A program made the translations under genes and the position numbers. From contig NC_045696.1 of NCBI RefSeq assembly GCF_009834535.1, positions 32,924,001-32,988,000 of the forward strand: a stretch of 64,000 nucleotides of DNA. Reading direction: 5' to 3'. Below are positions 13,401 to 27,032 of this stretch, one piece after another. Under the pieces are notes generated by a model, which was not told the DNA's origin, searched no databases, and worked only from the letters and a program-made list of their open reading frames with translations. Source of the DNA: Camelus ferus. Lineage: Eukaryota. Numbering within the stretch: position 1 is the first letter of the stretch; every line of letters starts with the position of its first letter.

Positions 13401-16400
13401 AAAAATATACCAGTGAGGTGTTTTCACTCATATGTTTCGCCGTGATGCAATTTCACAGAGGTTTCAAGGTCCTCTCACTAATTGTAATAATCCAGGAGAC
13501 ATAGCCAGGAGAATATGAAATTCCATAATTAGAAATATATTACTTTGTCGAAATGTTCGCTTCTTTGTTGAACCTATATTTTAAAAGTAAATAATTTGGG
13601 GAAGGTTATCAATTTGTAACAGTAAATTCCATGTGGGAGTCAGTTTATTAAATAAGCTTTTCTAAGGTTAAGAAAGATCTTGCTTTTTGTGAGAACTCTG
13701 AACTCCAGGGATACCGGTGATAGGAGGGAATATGGAAAGTGGAACTCAATAGGTATTTTTCACAATTCGACTTAACATTATTCTTAGTGTTTATTAGGGA
13801 TTATCTGCCATGGTGCATCAAAGAGTCTCTATTTATTAATATGCATACATAAAAGTATCTGTAGATAGCCCTCGTTGGTTTTGTTAAGCTATGGAATAGT
13901 AAGTTTATAATTTTTTTGAATCATTCTCACATTCTCATTTAATTTTCATTAAATAAGCTTTTATATTACAATGTTAAATATTATATTTGGATGCAATTAC
14001 TACATTTAAAAATTGTCAGACAACAAACATGTATGTGAAAACTAGAATTCACTAAAATTAGTGCTGTGTCATAACTTCCAATTTAGTGGCAGCATTTTTC
14101 AACTTATACATGTTTGTAATATAGGATAGTAGTACAACTTAGTTAAGCCCTAAGGATATTCAGTTCAGGATTCCATATCCCAGTGTTACTCATTTATGGA
14201 ATTTGTGTATTAAATATGAGGAGAAATCAAGTTAAAGCGAGAAATAAATCTAAGTTCCCTGATGAGAAGTCTATATAACAATATAAATATATAACGTGTA
14301 TGTTAAGCAGCTATTTTGCACAATGGAAAATAAACATTGGAAAAAAAATAAGATCAAGCAGAGAAAGTTTAAGAGAGGTTTGAATCATAGCATGACATAT
14401 TTAAATAAGGGTGACTTGATGAGAAGAGTGATTTTTGTCCCCTAAAAAGTTCACTGACATTAGCATTTCTTATTATCACATTCATATTACCATTAATTTT
14501 TTCCAAGTGCACATGAGATTATCTTGAAGTTGGGAGAGATACATAATTTACAGTTATAAGTTACCATATAAGCTTACTTTATTGCATTTTTAAATCTGAA
14601 CCAACACCTTTAGGGACTGTATGAATCTTCTGAAGTTATGTAAATTTTTTTACATTTACTAATTTCTTTGAGTGAAGATGTTTTGCTTTTAGAAGATCAA
14701 CTGTAATCCATCACTGATAAAGAAGCTGGTCCAAAAAGATTGTATAAATGACCAGGTCTAAACTCAGTGTTTTAGATGAAGAAGCATAGATACATAGGGA
14801 TTAAATTATAGGCAAAATGTCTCTCATCTATTTAATCACAGAACCTAGATGAAAAATCCAAACATCCAGATTTCTCAATCAGTGTTTTTCTACTCATCAG
14901 ACTTCCTCTTGTGTATATTTATCTTTGATTTAAGGTTTTCGTTTAATGAGTGACAATGATAGTCTCCCAAAGGAAACTGAAATCCTTACAGAAGTTAAAG
15001 TATTAGATCAAATCATCTGGTTTCCTTTTTGTTAAATTACTTTTAGGAAGGAGCTTCCAGAATGAAAGTAGGAGGAGCTAAATAATGTAGAATCCCCTAC
15101 ATCAAAGGCATGTTTTTCCCCTACTTTAAATTTCACTTTACATTGTCAGTTTGGAGTGGAAAAGAGGATTTTAAAAGAAAAAAAAAAAACACAGTTTTTT
15201 TTTTTTTCAAATAACAGACTGGTTTTATTCATAAACTTTTTTTGTAATTACATAGGACTGTTGGTTACCGCCTACAGTTTAAAATTGCAGTACTTTTCAT
15301 TTTTCATTTTTCAAGAACAGCTTTTTTTTTATATTGTATAAAGATTCCATTTAGTATGTGAAGCCAGTGGAAGCTATCAGAGGAATGAAAAGGGATTCAT
15401 TCAAATCTAATTTTTAAAAGGGCTCTTTTTTATGAAGCAGATGAGGTTCTCATAGGGCTCTGGAGGAGGAGGCATGCTCTGGCGAGCTGAGGCCTTGTCA
15501 ACCTGGTGGTTGTCATTTGAGTAAGAGCCTTGGTGCTGTTATCCATTCTTATGCTATAATCCAAATAGGCTGCTACAGGTAGCTGACCATAATGGGAACA
15601 GATAAACGTTCTTCTCTGCACAGGCAAAAAAGCAAATACAGTAAACTTTTCCTCTTACAATTGCTTCCTATGGCAGTGCAATTATCAGTAAGGTTGAAGA
15701 TGCCCTATTATTTTTTTAAATTAAGAAATATGAATAGCTTCTATCAAAAAGACACTTCTTGCCTTAATACTTCTTGTACACGTTGAGTTCTGACCCTTCT
15801 GTATCTCCACTAATAATCCTTGGTTTGGATTCACTCTTGATTACCCTGGGTCCCCCCTGGGGGAGTAAGTGATACGAAGCAGAAAGGAAGTAGACATATG
15901 GAGTCCAGGCTAAATGGTAGCAGTTTTTCTTGCTGTTGAATACTGGTCCTTGGAGAGAAATAAGCAACTTGGGCTTTGGGACTCTTTAGACTTAATTTTG
16001 CTTTGAAAATCCATTCTGAATGGGCCAGAATGCCATTTTTAAAAAGAGAAGCTGCCACAAAACAAAACAGGTTGACAAGTTAGAAATTATTGTACACTGC
16101 ATTTGTAGAGAACAGAACATACCTTTAACCTGAAAAGCTCGTTATTGGGGAAAAGGTGCTGTACCACTCTTCAATTTATTGTATACAGCGCTTGTTGGAA
16201 CTGATTTTATTTTGACAAGGTTATACAGGATCTGTTGTGCTCTAATAAGCTCCAATAACAAAATACGGTTGCATTTTTTGAATTCTTTCATTAGAATGTG
16301 AAAAAAGGGGCCCTTTTTCTGTTATTTTGAATTGGGAGTTATGATTTAGAGCTCTAACACTTTTAATAATACTGAAAGTCTGCATTCAGAATATAAGATT

Positions 16401-16735
16401 TTTCAGTGTGCTTCATTTTTATTTTTTAAATAATCATTTAGATTTGAAGACTGTTATCAGGAATCCCTGAAAATTATTTCATACATGTAAAAGGAGGAGG
16501 GAGGGACAGTTTTTTGCAGAGGTTTACCATATCTAAGGCTCAATTACTGGTTCATGTTATTAAAAATTATACCATAATCTACTGACAACATTGCTTTTAC
16601 CACCAAAAGATGTATTATTTATAAAGCACCAGTCAAATACAAAGCGTAGAGCTAGATACCCTGAGGAAGCACAGAAGTATACCATGGAGTCTATTCTCTG
16701 TTATCTTATCATCTTGTTAGTTCATGAAAAAAATG

Positions 16736-16737
<2 letters not shown>

Positions 16738-16791
<54 letters not shown>
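16738..16791. repeat. (AT)27 microsatellite
   Basis: Perfect dinucleotide run read directly. Confidence 0.98.
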
Positions 16792-16793
<2 letters not shown>

Positions 16794-17049
16794 TGGACTT
16801 GTGTGCCAAGTGAATGTTACAACTTCCCAATTTTCAAGCATTAATTTCATGAAGAGGTTTTATATGTATTCTGTTTGCTGTGAGCTTTATTATTAATAAG
16901 AGTTAGAATAGTCAAGTGTGTTAATTGTTTATGTAAATTAGATAAAATTTTAAAATGTTACCATAGTGCTGCAATGTATTTTGATAGGTTTTCTCCACTG
17001 AGGTAGGGAGCAAGAGAGATGTGGAGCTAGTGAGAGGCACTTAGCTCTG

Positions 17050-17600
17050 GGTATGTTCAGAGTAGTGTGTCATGAATGTAATCATCATCGTCATGGGAGA
17101 GTGGTATTGGTAACAAAATGAGGGAAGCCGTAGATAAACTCAGAAAGCATCTAAAGGATTCAGGGAAGGGAAGTCAGCTGGGATTTATTTGGTCAAGTCT
17201 TCCCAGAACAGACAGGAATCAGGCAGAAACTTGAGAGTAGCATTCTACTAGGTGCATCAAGAAAAGGAAAGCTATTCTAAGATGAGACTAGACAATACTG
17301 AGAGACTGGGTCAGAGTAAACTTGTCCCAAGGCAAAATGACATGTTAAAAAACAAAGACATGTTGATTTATAAAGATTGAGCTAATAGTTTAATTGGAGA
17401 GATAGGTACATAAATACCATGTCATGGTGATAAATAATAAACATGTGTAGAGGTGTGTACGCAGTGCTTAAAAGCATTTGGTGAAAGATGTTAACTGTGT
17501 AGAATTGGGGGTTGCTTTACAAGTAAGATTATGTTTAAACTGGACTTGAAAGATGGACAAGAAAGGGAAAATTATTGTTGTGAATCAGGTTGTGGCTCTG
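17050..17600 (-). mobile_element. Degenerate LINE-2 fragments
   Basis: Antisense L2-like sequence (tttaaactggacttgaaagatgga, cagaaacttgagagtagcattcta). Approximate. Confidence 0.45.
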
Positions 17601-20600
17601 AGAACATGGCAGCAAAGAGAACAGAAAGAGCTGAGTCTAAAACTTAGGGAAAACGTTTGTGTCAGGGCAGAAATCTTGGGTGCTGGGCTTTGGCTTTTTT
17701 GTTTATGTTAACCTGGCACTATAAGCAATAAAGACAAGGAGTTAGACATATGTGCTCTAGGGAACTCTAGCCCCTGCTTTTCCAGAAAACCTTAACATTG
17801 AGATGTCTCAAGACAATGATGGGTACAGATTGGAGTTCATATCACAGTCATCTGGGTTTTAAGCAGGAGAGAGGGTGGACTGATGAATTTATCAAAACAA
17901 AGTTTAGCCATGGTCCCTGAACAAAAATTTTAGTTTCCTGATTCAATGACTTTGTTGTGTGAGCTGAAATTGTGTTTCTGCAAGTGAATAGGTTCTTACA
18001 GAAGTAACCCATAGTATTTACATTGCATATATTTGTAACGCAACATTCATTCACATGAATAACTTTTGCAGCCTACTTAGACTCTGCATTTATTATGCAA
18101 TTGTGCAGTTGACTAGATTTGGGGTTCTGTCTGACATTACTGAAATACTCCTGAATTTTCCTTTTACATTAGAGTGGCATTTTGTATATGTTACAAGCAA
18201 AATGAAAACTGTAATTTATTCTAATTCAACCTTATGTGTAGGTAAAACTATAAGCAAATATTTTCACGTCTTGGAACCTTTACTTTTCTCAGTTTCCTAT
18301 CAATAAAAATGCTCGTATTTTTCCCTTAAAAGAAATCCCTGATTTTACCATGGCTACTATAGTTTTCACCAAAATTATAAAGTTTTAGATAATGAATCAT
18401 AGACCTGTATGAATTCACTTTAATATCTTATTTAAACCATGAAGCTATTTTAGCAAGTCTTATCCGTTTTAATATACAGTGGGTAAGTAGTCACCTAAGA
18501 CTTAGTCTGCCAGTGAAAGATGTTAAACATATAATCACAGTTTCAGAGAAATTGGTGTAACGTATTTGTATACATTGTGATAAAAATTTTTACCAACTTG
18601 AAAGAAATTGTTATATAGCAGTCAAATTTCTTATTAACTAAAGTATGTTTTAAATTTTGATTTTGAGGAATTTTATTGCAATTTCTCTTGTTTGAATTTA
18701 AAATATATCTAAATAATTTATATTATTTAAATTATAATCTAAAATAAGTTCAATCTAATTATCTTCACTTTGTTCACTTCTCAAAATACCTTTTTTTATC
18801 CACCACATAGTTTATCAATGACTAACTTCATTACTTATGCCTTAGCATCTAGAAGCTGTATAATACAGCTAATATCTTTTGTAAATTATAAATGCTGAAA
18901 TTCTTATTTTAGCCATTATGTCAGGCAAATTCAACAGTATTTGATTAAATCAACAATTCTCCAAGGAAAATGACAATAAAAATATTGAGCCCATCTTTGT
19001 ATTATAGAATCAGAGATGAAATATTATATAGTTAATTGATTGACCTATCTATTAGATAGGTATCATTCTGAATTTTAATAAGTTGCTTACCATTAATTTT
19101 TCTTTTTTATTTATAGTTATCTTAGTGTCCATCTAAATATTCTTTAATAACAGAGTGTTAACCTGTAAGGCATATATTAAAATCTTCTAGAACTGACTAG
19201 TAATATTCAAAAAATTACTTAAAATATTAATATGACTGAAGAGTATCTGGCTTTATGAACTGAGTAAATTAATGTCGAACCAGGATTAAGTTACTTTTAT
19301 TTTGTGTGTGTGCATGTGTATAATTCTTCTGCATATAAATCAGTGTATTTTTATTCTTCAGAAATAAAAATGAGTATGCCTTAGAAGGGGAAAAAATGAC
19401 CTACATTTTATATCCTGTACTATATTTGATTGTATATTCTTTGTATTAACAGTATAATGGCTTTAAAAATGTACCAGACATGCTCAAAAATGAAGCAAAT
19501 GATTATTTGTGTTTCCAATTTCGTATTTCCTTATGAAAATGTAGCTCTATTGTCACAACCACTGTCTAAAAGGCCATAAGCAAATGCACCAAACCAGGAC
19601 CTTTTAAATAATTGTTGAATGATGCCAAATATTGCCACTTGCTTGGAGAATTGGAAACTAGAGAGATAGATGTTTGGATTTAGGAAGACAACTCAGAGTT
19701 TTACTAAGAGTTAACAACCAGGCAGATAAAATAAATGATCTTGAGATGGAAATGTTGGAAGAACCTCTCTTATCTTTAGGAAATACTCTCTGAAATACAA
19801 CTATATGTGTGTGTGTAATTTTGAGAGAAGGAAACGCTATCTCAGAGTCCTCTCATCCATTAAATGGGGATAATAATAGAAAACCCATAAATTTGTCATG
19901 ATCATTCACCACTGATCACAGTGAGAATTGCTTAGTGAGCCCTCGTGGCCTTACACCCTTTCTCAAAAAGTCTTAAATCAGGTCAAGATGGAGAGAGTTC
20001 ATAAGGAGATGTAGAGTATGTGAATCTCAGGTCAGGCTCACACAGCTTTCAAAGTAGCAGGATGTGTAGGCAAAGATTCATTTTGTTAGCAAGGAAATTT
20101 ATTGAAGGAAGTTGTAAGTTGTGGTCTTGAAAATATATCCTTCAGAAAATAAAAACTATATATTAAAGACAGAGAAGAATTTTTTTGAGCGGAAGTAATT
20201 AAATCTTTTAGTTCTGTATTAACTACTTGACCCTGCTGGAATTGTTTTTAAAAAGCGGACTTTTCTAGGCCCCCTAAAATATGTTATATGTTTATTATGC
20301 TGTGAACAAATTCATCTAATAATTATTTATTGACCTTCTAAACTGTGCTAGGTGACACAACAATGAAGTAGGCAGAGTTCTTCCATTCAAAGATTAATTG
20401 CCAAGTTGGGAGGCTAACACCAATAAAATCAGAGCAGGTAGAAAGTTTAGATAGAAGTACCACATAATTTCCTTAGTCTTTCTGAGCATTCCAACCAATT
20501 TGAGTTAATCTTACATTGTTGAATTGTAGCTGATTTTGATCAATCTCCTGGTGTTGAGTATTTAGATTATTTCAGCTTTGCAATTTCACAATAGAGTCGA

Positions 20601-23209
20601 AATAATTGCATGAACATTCATGTAGGTTAAAAAGAAAAAGCAGAAAATGAAGAAATCCTCTATTTTTGCAAAAATGAAAATATTTAAGATGTTTCAGAAC
20701 ACATAGGATGAAATAATGTTACTAGTGACTAAAATATATATAACAGTGACTGAGAGAGATTTCTTATTTGATAGGTCATTGGCTTGACCTAATAGTCATG
20801 TTGACCAAGGTGCTTTCCATCAAATTCTTCTCAGCCAGTTTGTTTTTAGGTACATGTGAAGTCAAGGGGGAAGAATGAAAGAGAATGATGAGCAATTAAG
20901 CAGAAGCCAGACTCTGAGTCAATAATGGGTGGTGTTATCTCATCTATCTGGACAGTTTAAAAGACTCTAGGGAAGTCCACTTAAAGTGGATTAACAATTA
21001 CTAAAACTACCCATTGTTTTTATGTTCTTTGAATATTAGCTGTGGTGGGGGGAAACCTATAAATCATGCATTTTCACAATTACACGAAGTAAGGATACTG
21101 TTTAGTTTATATAAGAATGCTCATAGTACCTGAAAATATATAGACACTCTCCAAAACAAATCAGAATTTATTGTTACCCATCTTGGTTGATAGGGAATAA
21201 GGAAAAGAAATCCGAACAATGCGTTTGTTTTTTTTTGCTAACTAAAAAATTAAATTAAAATGGTAAAATCTGTCATTTTCACTCCAGTTGTTAAGACTCA
21301 AATGATATAGCTAACTTTGAAACACTGCTTTTCAAATCCAATGGAATTTTAGTCTCACCCTTTGAGAGCAAATAATCTAATATTTTATAAAGTGTGATAG
21401 ACTTGGTAATATCAAGTTCTTTACATGGAGTTTTTCAGGACTAATATAATTATATGTTCTTATATTTGATAGACCCGGAAGATATTTCCCTCGGTGTTAA
21501 TTAAATACATATATTTTGAGATCCTCATGGTCAAATGATTTTGCTAACAGATAAAGGATACATTATTTTCTATGTTAGATATGCATGAAAATTAAAATTA
21601 CACATGCTTTTTAATTTAGAAAATGCTTTTTATTTACCTCCAGCCTGCCGAAACTATTTAGGAAAGCTTACAATGAAAATAAGACAATATTATACAAATT
21701 AGTAAACAAGAAGCATATGTGCACATATAGCATGTTTATTCATTTACACTGTTGTTAAAGTCAGTTCTACTTTATGATCATGGTGATCGCACTCCAGGCA
21801 ATACCCATTTTCTCTAGTGATTAATGTAGCACCACTGGATTTTCAGAAGGTTGTTTTGTTAATTTGACTGGCCAGGAAACATTTTCCCTGTTGAAAAACA
21901 GGTGTAAACATCAGTACCAAAGATAACACATGCTGTTGTTTGATGTCTCTAGTGTAGAGAATTTAGCAGGTTAAAATCTAAGGATGAGTAAGGCTATTTA
22001 TCAGAAGTGAAAGACTAGAAAAATTTTGGTGTAACTCAGAGACTTTGAGAAAATGACAGGAAGACTTTTAATAGCAAAATAATCTGTTAAGCACTCTGAA
22101 TATATAGGGGTTGTGTGGCAAACATGTGAAATCAAACCCCAGCACAGTAATTACAGGTAATTTGTGAATTGTCTCTAATTTCCTCACTGTGTAAATTATA
22201 TGCCCATCCACTTGAGACAAGATTTGACTCTGAGGATTTTACCGAGGTTTTCGTAGCTTGACACTGGCTATATTGTTTCAGTGTTCTCTATGCTGCTCTT
22301 CAAATTTTCAGCTGGTTTTGAGTGAAAGGCAGGAAACCCATTTCTGTTTATTATGTGCTCTGTATTGAAATCTCCTGTCAACTTTTGGCAACTTTGACTA
22401 ATTATGGATTAGGGATTGAATGTTATGGTTCAAATCTGTGTTCAGTAACCTCTCCTAGGTATGCCAAATGAAATAAATCCTCAACATTTCATAATACTGA
22501 GTTCCGTGCTAGTTGACTCAATACTTGTTAAAGACTCCTAGGTACTGCCAAATTGTTAGAAGGCGTTACCAGCTAACCAGGGTAAGAATTGCAAGACTCT
22601 AAGCCGTACATTAACATCATTTGTGAGAAAAGCAAAAGCAAAATAATAATAATAACAATTGGCTTCCTTTTTGTTTGTTTCTAAAGATTGCTTTCATCCT
22701 ATTTCTTATTAAGTTTTCCTAAAAAAAAAATCAAAAAGCATTTAACATGCATATACTCATCCATCGTTAACATTCCTTTAATCTTATATGGTGGTGTTAT
22801 TTGTGTTTATTTTCTGTTGTTTTGTTTCTTTGTTTACTTCTTTGACAAAGCATGTCATTTTTTGTTTTATCTATCTGTATTTTGCTACTGCATGTCAAAC
22901 TTTTTAAATGACTCAGCAGACAAATGAATTCTTGTCATTTTAAATTTCACTCTAAATATTGCAAACAATCTGCTTGTTCTCAGACATTGCTCCAACTTAT
23001 TGCTTTGGGTAGGAGCAGGAGAAACAGAAGTGAACAAAAAAATGACAAGAACTGGGAGGTACAGCCAGCTTTGTACCTGATAATCTGTTTAAGCCTGTTA
23101 AAGTGAAACCTAAATAAGATGTATGTATTTATAATTTGAATCATTTGTGTTTCTCTTTTGTTTGCATGATATGATTTTGTTTTATATTTTGTTTTTTTCC
23201 ACTCACCAG

Positions 23210-23329
23210 ATGTTCCCAACACTTTGCCTCCCACTACTATCATCCCCTCCCTTACCACTGCAACAGTCACAACCACTGTAGCCATAACAACCAGCCCAAC
23301 CACATCTGCAACAACCAGCAACATAAGAG
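23210..23329 (+). CDS. CADM2: CADM2 alternatively spliced mucin-like stalk exon (120 nt, phase 1-1): DVPNTLPPTTIIPSLTTATVTTTVAITTSPTTSATTSNIR
   Basis: Long U-rich tract, then ...actcaccAG at 23208-23209; donor AGAG|GTACAG at 23330. The frame is open and 19/40 residues are Thr/Ser. It matches the CADM2 juxtamembrane stalk segment as I recall it. The ORF track shows only its antisense (22980..23324). Confidence 0.93.
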
Positions 23330-25987
23330 GTACAGTATGCTTCTTTGTTACGGCCTGGAAAACACATTAAATGGAGCGTTAAAGGGTTTTTTAAAAAGGG
23401 TCGAGGAACTGAGATCCAATTTTACTGAATTATAAGAAGTAATTAAGTCACCCCAATTACTATCAGTTAGGGTTATTGGACTAAAATGTGAGCCAAGATA
23501 GTACATTATCATTTTTCTTAGTGTCATTTATGACTCTTGAAAATGTTTCAGAATATAAATTACAAATATATGGAGCTCTATAACATTGAGAATTTAAAAT
23601 GTTATCATGGGACACTGTTGTTTTGCCTTACCTTATAAATGCAAACAAAGAAATAAGATATTCAAGGATACAGAGATAGTTTTTGCTTTTTTAAGACCCT
23701 ATCAATGTTTATGATTTGTTATTCCTCTGCAATTAGATTAAAATACCTACATTCGTGAATTTATTCTAAAATTGACCTTATCCATGGGGTCACTATGAAC
23801 TAGTCACCACATGGAACTTTTAAGTAAATATTCAACATATTATCCTAAAGTGATCTGCTGAGTGGATCTACTTATTCTACTAACAGAATTCTCTAAAAGC
23901 AGAATGCTCTAGATTGCCAGAAATTGATAATTTGGCTCCATGAGTAATTTCTTGTATGTTTACTAATAAGTATCTTTGCTTCAAGGAGAACAACCTAAAA
24001 GAAACTGAAGTAATAACCCTAAAGGGCAAAACATAATTACATCATGGTTTAGAAATATGAAAAGGCATTTCTAAGTAGTGATTAAGTGGTTAGTAGATAA
24101 AGAAGAAATAAAAAGTTGTTTGAGCGCGTTATAGAAAAACACGTTTTAAACTTTATTTCTGCAGAAGCAATGTTCAGAGACAATTTGTCCTATTTAAGTC
24201 TGTCTTTTTCTACTTCTTATATGTGTTTTGTGTCATGTTGGCTATACTAATGCGTGTTAAGCCTAACTATTTTTAAATCATGGGTACTTTACAATAATAT
24301 ATATATCTAATTATAATTTCATCAAGGATAGACTTAACATTGTGTTTCTTTACTTTCTCTTGTTCCAGAAAAAAATATTTTAATATCTGTTAATTGTTAA
24401 TTTTTAATAATTGTGTTAACTCTATTATACAGTATATAAGATTGAGAGCTAAAGTTTGATGACAGTAGGAGTAAGAATTTCTCAAAAACACCTGTTATTA
24501 CTAAACAAGCTGTATTTGAGCTAAATCTGTAAGTAGAACGGTTCAAAGATCTTTCTCATAATTTATATTAAAATGGGAGGAAAATAATAAAAATGAAGAA
24601 GAAGGTAAAAAGTACTTCATGATATTATATGAAATGAAAGATATCTAAAGTTATACTTTGCTTTAATTTATTGTCTTTCTAAAGATTTGTACAGACGGTA
24701 ATTCAAATAAAGTGTGATTATTGCATACTAACAAAATCTCTGTGATAATGTTAAGTTCTGAATGTACAAACAAGTCCTTTCGATGGAAAAGGAGAGAGAT
24801 ATATTAACCTTTATTTTTTAAAAAGACCTTCTTATAACAAGAAAAGCCTAATAATCAATGGTTCCTTCTTTCTTCAACAAATGTTTATTGAGTACCTGCT
24901 ACGTATATATAGGTCTATGCCAGGCCCTAAAATTATGAAAATAAGAATTTTGTATCTAAAATCACTAGCAGTTAAATTAATGCATTTTCCCACAAATAAC
25001 CAGTGCCTATGCTTAATTAGTAGAAAGTATTTATGTTCTTTTTGAATATATATATTAGACTAAAATAAGAGAAAATGTCTTACTTCAAAGTGAAGTATTT
25101 TAACAACATTCTTTTATATTTGTTCACGTGCATCTTAAGTGAAGTCTTACCAATTTCATTTTAGCCAGCCTCTTAAAATGAAATCAGTTTTCTACTTTTT
25201 CAAGTAAATTTACTTTTTTTATAGGTTTCCTAAGATGTTTTATGAACTTTGACACCATGAAATTTAAAAGTGCTGAAAAGAGTTCATTCTTCACTCAAAG
25301 GAACACATGAATAAATAAAACTCTAAGAAGACATACACACACACACACACACACTTATCATTCCCTTTTTTTATTTAATAATTGAAAGAAAATATGTTGA
25401 AAATGGCACCAAGATATGTGAAAAGAAAATGTATTTTATAACAATTCATAGCATCTAATTTACATGAAAAAAATAGTAGCACCGACATTGAATGTTAGTC
25501 TGGTGTCTATTTTTTTCCCTCCTATCTTCAACAAACAAGTGGGGACTGAAGAAATCACCAAGCCCACTGCATGATGAATGGTCTAGTCCACATTTGAGGG
25601 AATGAGGGATTCAGTCAATACACAAACATTGTTATGATTTTTCTACTCTGTCCCTTTTAATTTATATGATATTTGTTTATTTAAGCATTCCCTATTAAAT
25701 TAGAGTCTTCAGATGCAATTATATTTTAAGTGGAATTCACTTATCTATAAATTAGTGAAAGATGTTTCAAAATTATGGTCAAATAATATCATAAAAAGAA
25801 TACGTGAAAAAAAAATAAGAATGTGTGGCCTAAGAAAAGCTGAGAGCTAAATATTTTCAGCTTGTAGATTTTTTTTTAAGTTTACTAATTTCATCCCTTT
25901 CTCTCATTCAGTAATCTGAAGTAAAATAACCATATTTAATTTTATTAGGTTTAAATGACATTTCTTTAAATTCCATAAACTATATTT

Positions 25988-25990
<3 letters not shown>

Positions 25991-26019
<29 letters not shown>
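25991..26019. repeat. (TA)14 microsatellite
   Basis: Read directly. Confidence 0.97.
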
Positions 26020-26022
<3 letters not shown>

Positions 26023-27007
26023 ATAAATGACCACAAATGAATCACTGTTCACTTCTCCATTTACACTCTTTCATCACCCCTGCTGTTGCTGAGTTTTCTA
26101 TACTAAGATACGATAAACATCCAATTTAAACAAATTAAAGAATTACAGCTATGGCTATATTAGAAATCAAGATAAAAGAGAGGAAAAGAAGCTGCTCAAA
26201 TGGTCAGTCATAACCTTGAGAATTTGTACATCTCTTCAGTTTGTACATGAAATGCATCCTTTGTGCAGGAAGAGGAGCTTCAACCATATGGGAGAAAGCT
26301 GGCAATTAGCAGTATCTTGTTACAAATAAAGGTGCTAAAACACAGAGAAGGAAGCAAACTTGAGCAGTCATGGGAAAGACAGAGAATAAGTGAGCCCTGG
26401 AGAATCTTTAGGTGTGAGCAGTGGTTTTTCTCTTTACAAAGGCTTTTGTCTTGAACAGTGCACCAAATTTAGCATCCACATTTTCATAAGAAACAGTTAA
26501 TTCCAAGATTGTCTTGAGGATTGGATAGTATCTAAAGTTCTGGCAATATAATCAGCAATCAGTGTATGACAATTTTGTTCAGTTCTTTTTAGTAAAACAA
26601 ATGTGTTTACATGTAGTTGCATCATACTATTGATAAAATGGTATATTTTCCCATAGTAATTCTAGTTTTAATTCTTGCAAAATTCTTTGGTGTTAGTGCA
26701 CTGATTACATTTTAATTTCAACCTATTTTTAAATGACTATGTGAAAAAATTAAAAGTTAAAAATGGCACTAGTGTATATGGAACTTACTATATATCCTCA
26801 AATATAATAATTTATCAATTTTCTGTGAAATTTATGGTATTCTTGATTTGTATCATAAATCTAAAATCTAAACATTTTATAAATCTCTTAAGTATTTTGC
26901 ATTACCGAAGTCCTTTACAATACATTTTAATTTCTGCTTTTAGAAATTGCAGTTTTTTTAAGACTAGTGACCTGATCAATCCTATCATCTAATTCAGAAA
27001 ATACATA

Positions 27008-27032
27008 CACACACACACACACACACACACAC
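27008..27032. repeat. (AC)n microsatellite; shorter (AC)/(TG) runs also near 3167, 25335 and 54333
   Basis: Read directly. Confidence 0.93.

Noticed and set aside
22980..23324. 114-aa Val-rich minus-strand ORF resembling a membrane protein
   Set aside because: It is the antisense reading of the Thr-codon-rich CADM2 stalk exon.
8688..24703. Shared 14-mer TACAGACGGTAATT at about 8688 and 24690
   Set aside because: Several 14-mer matches are expected by chance in a 64-kb self-comparison, and the similarity does not extend.
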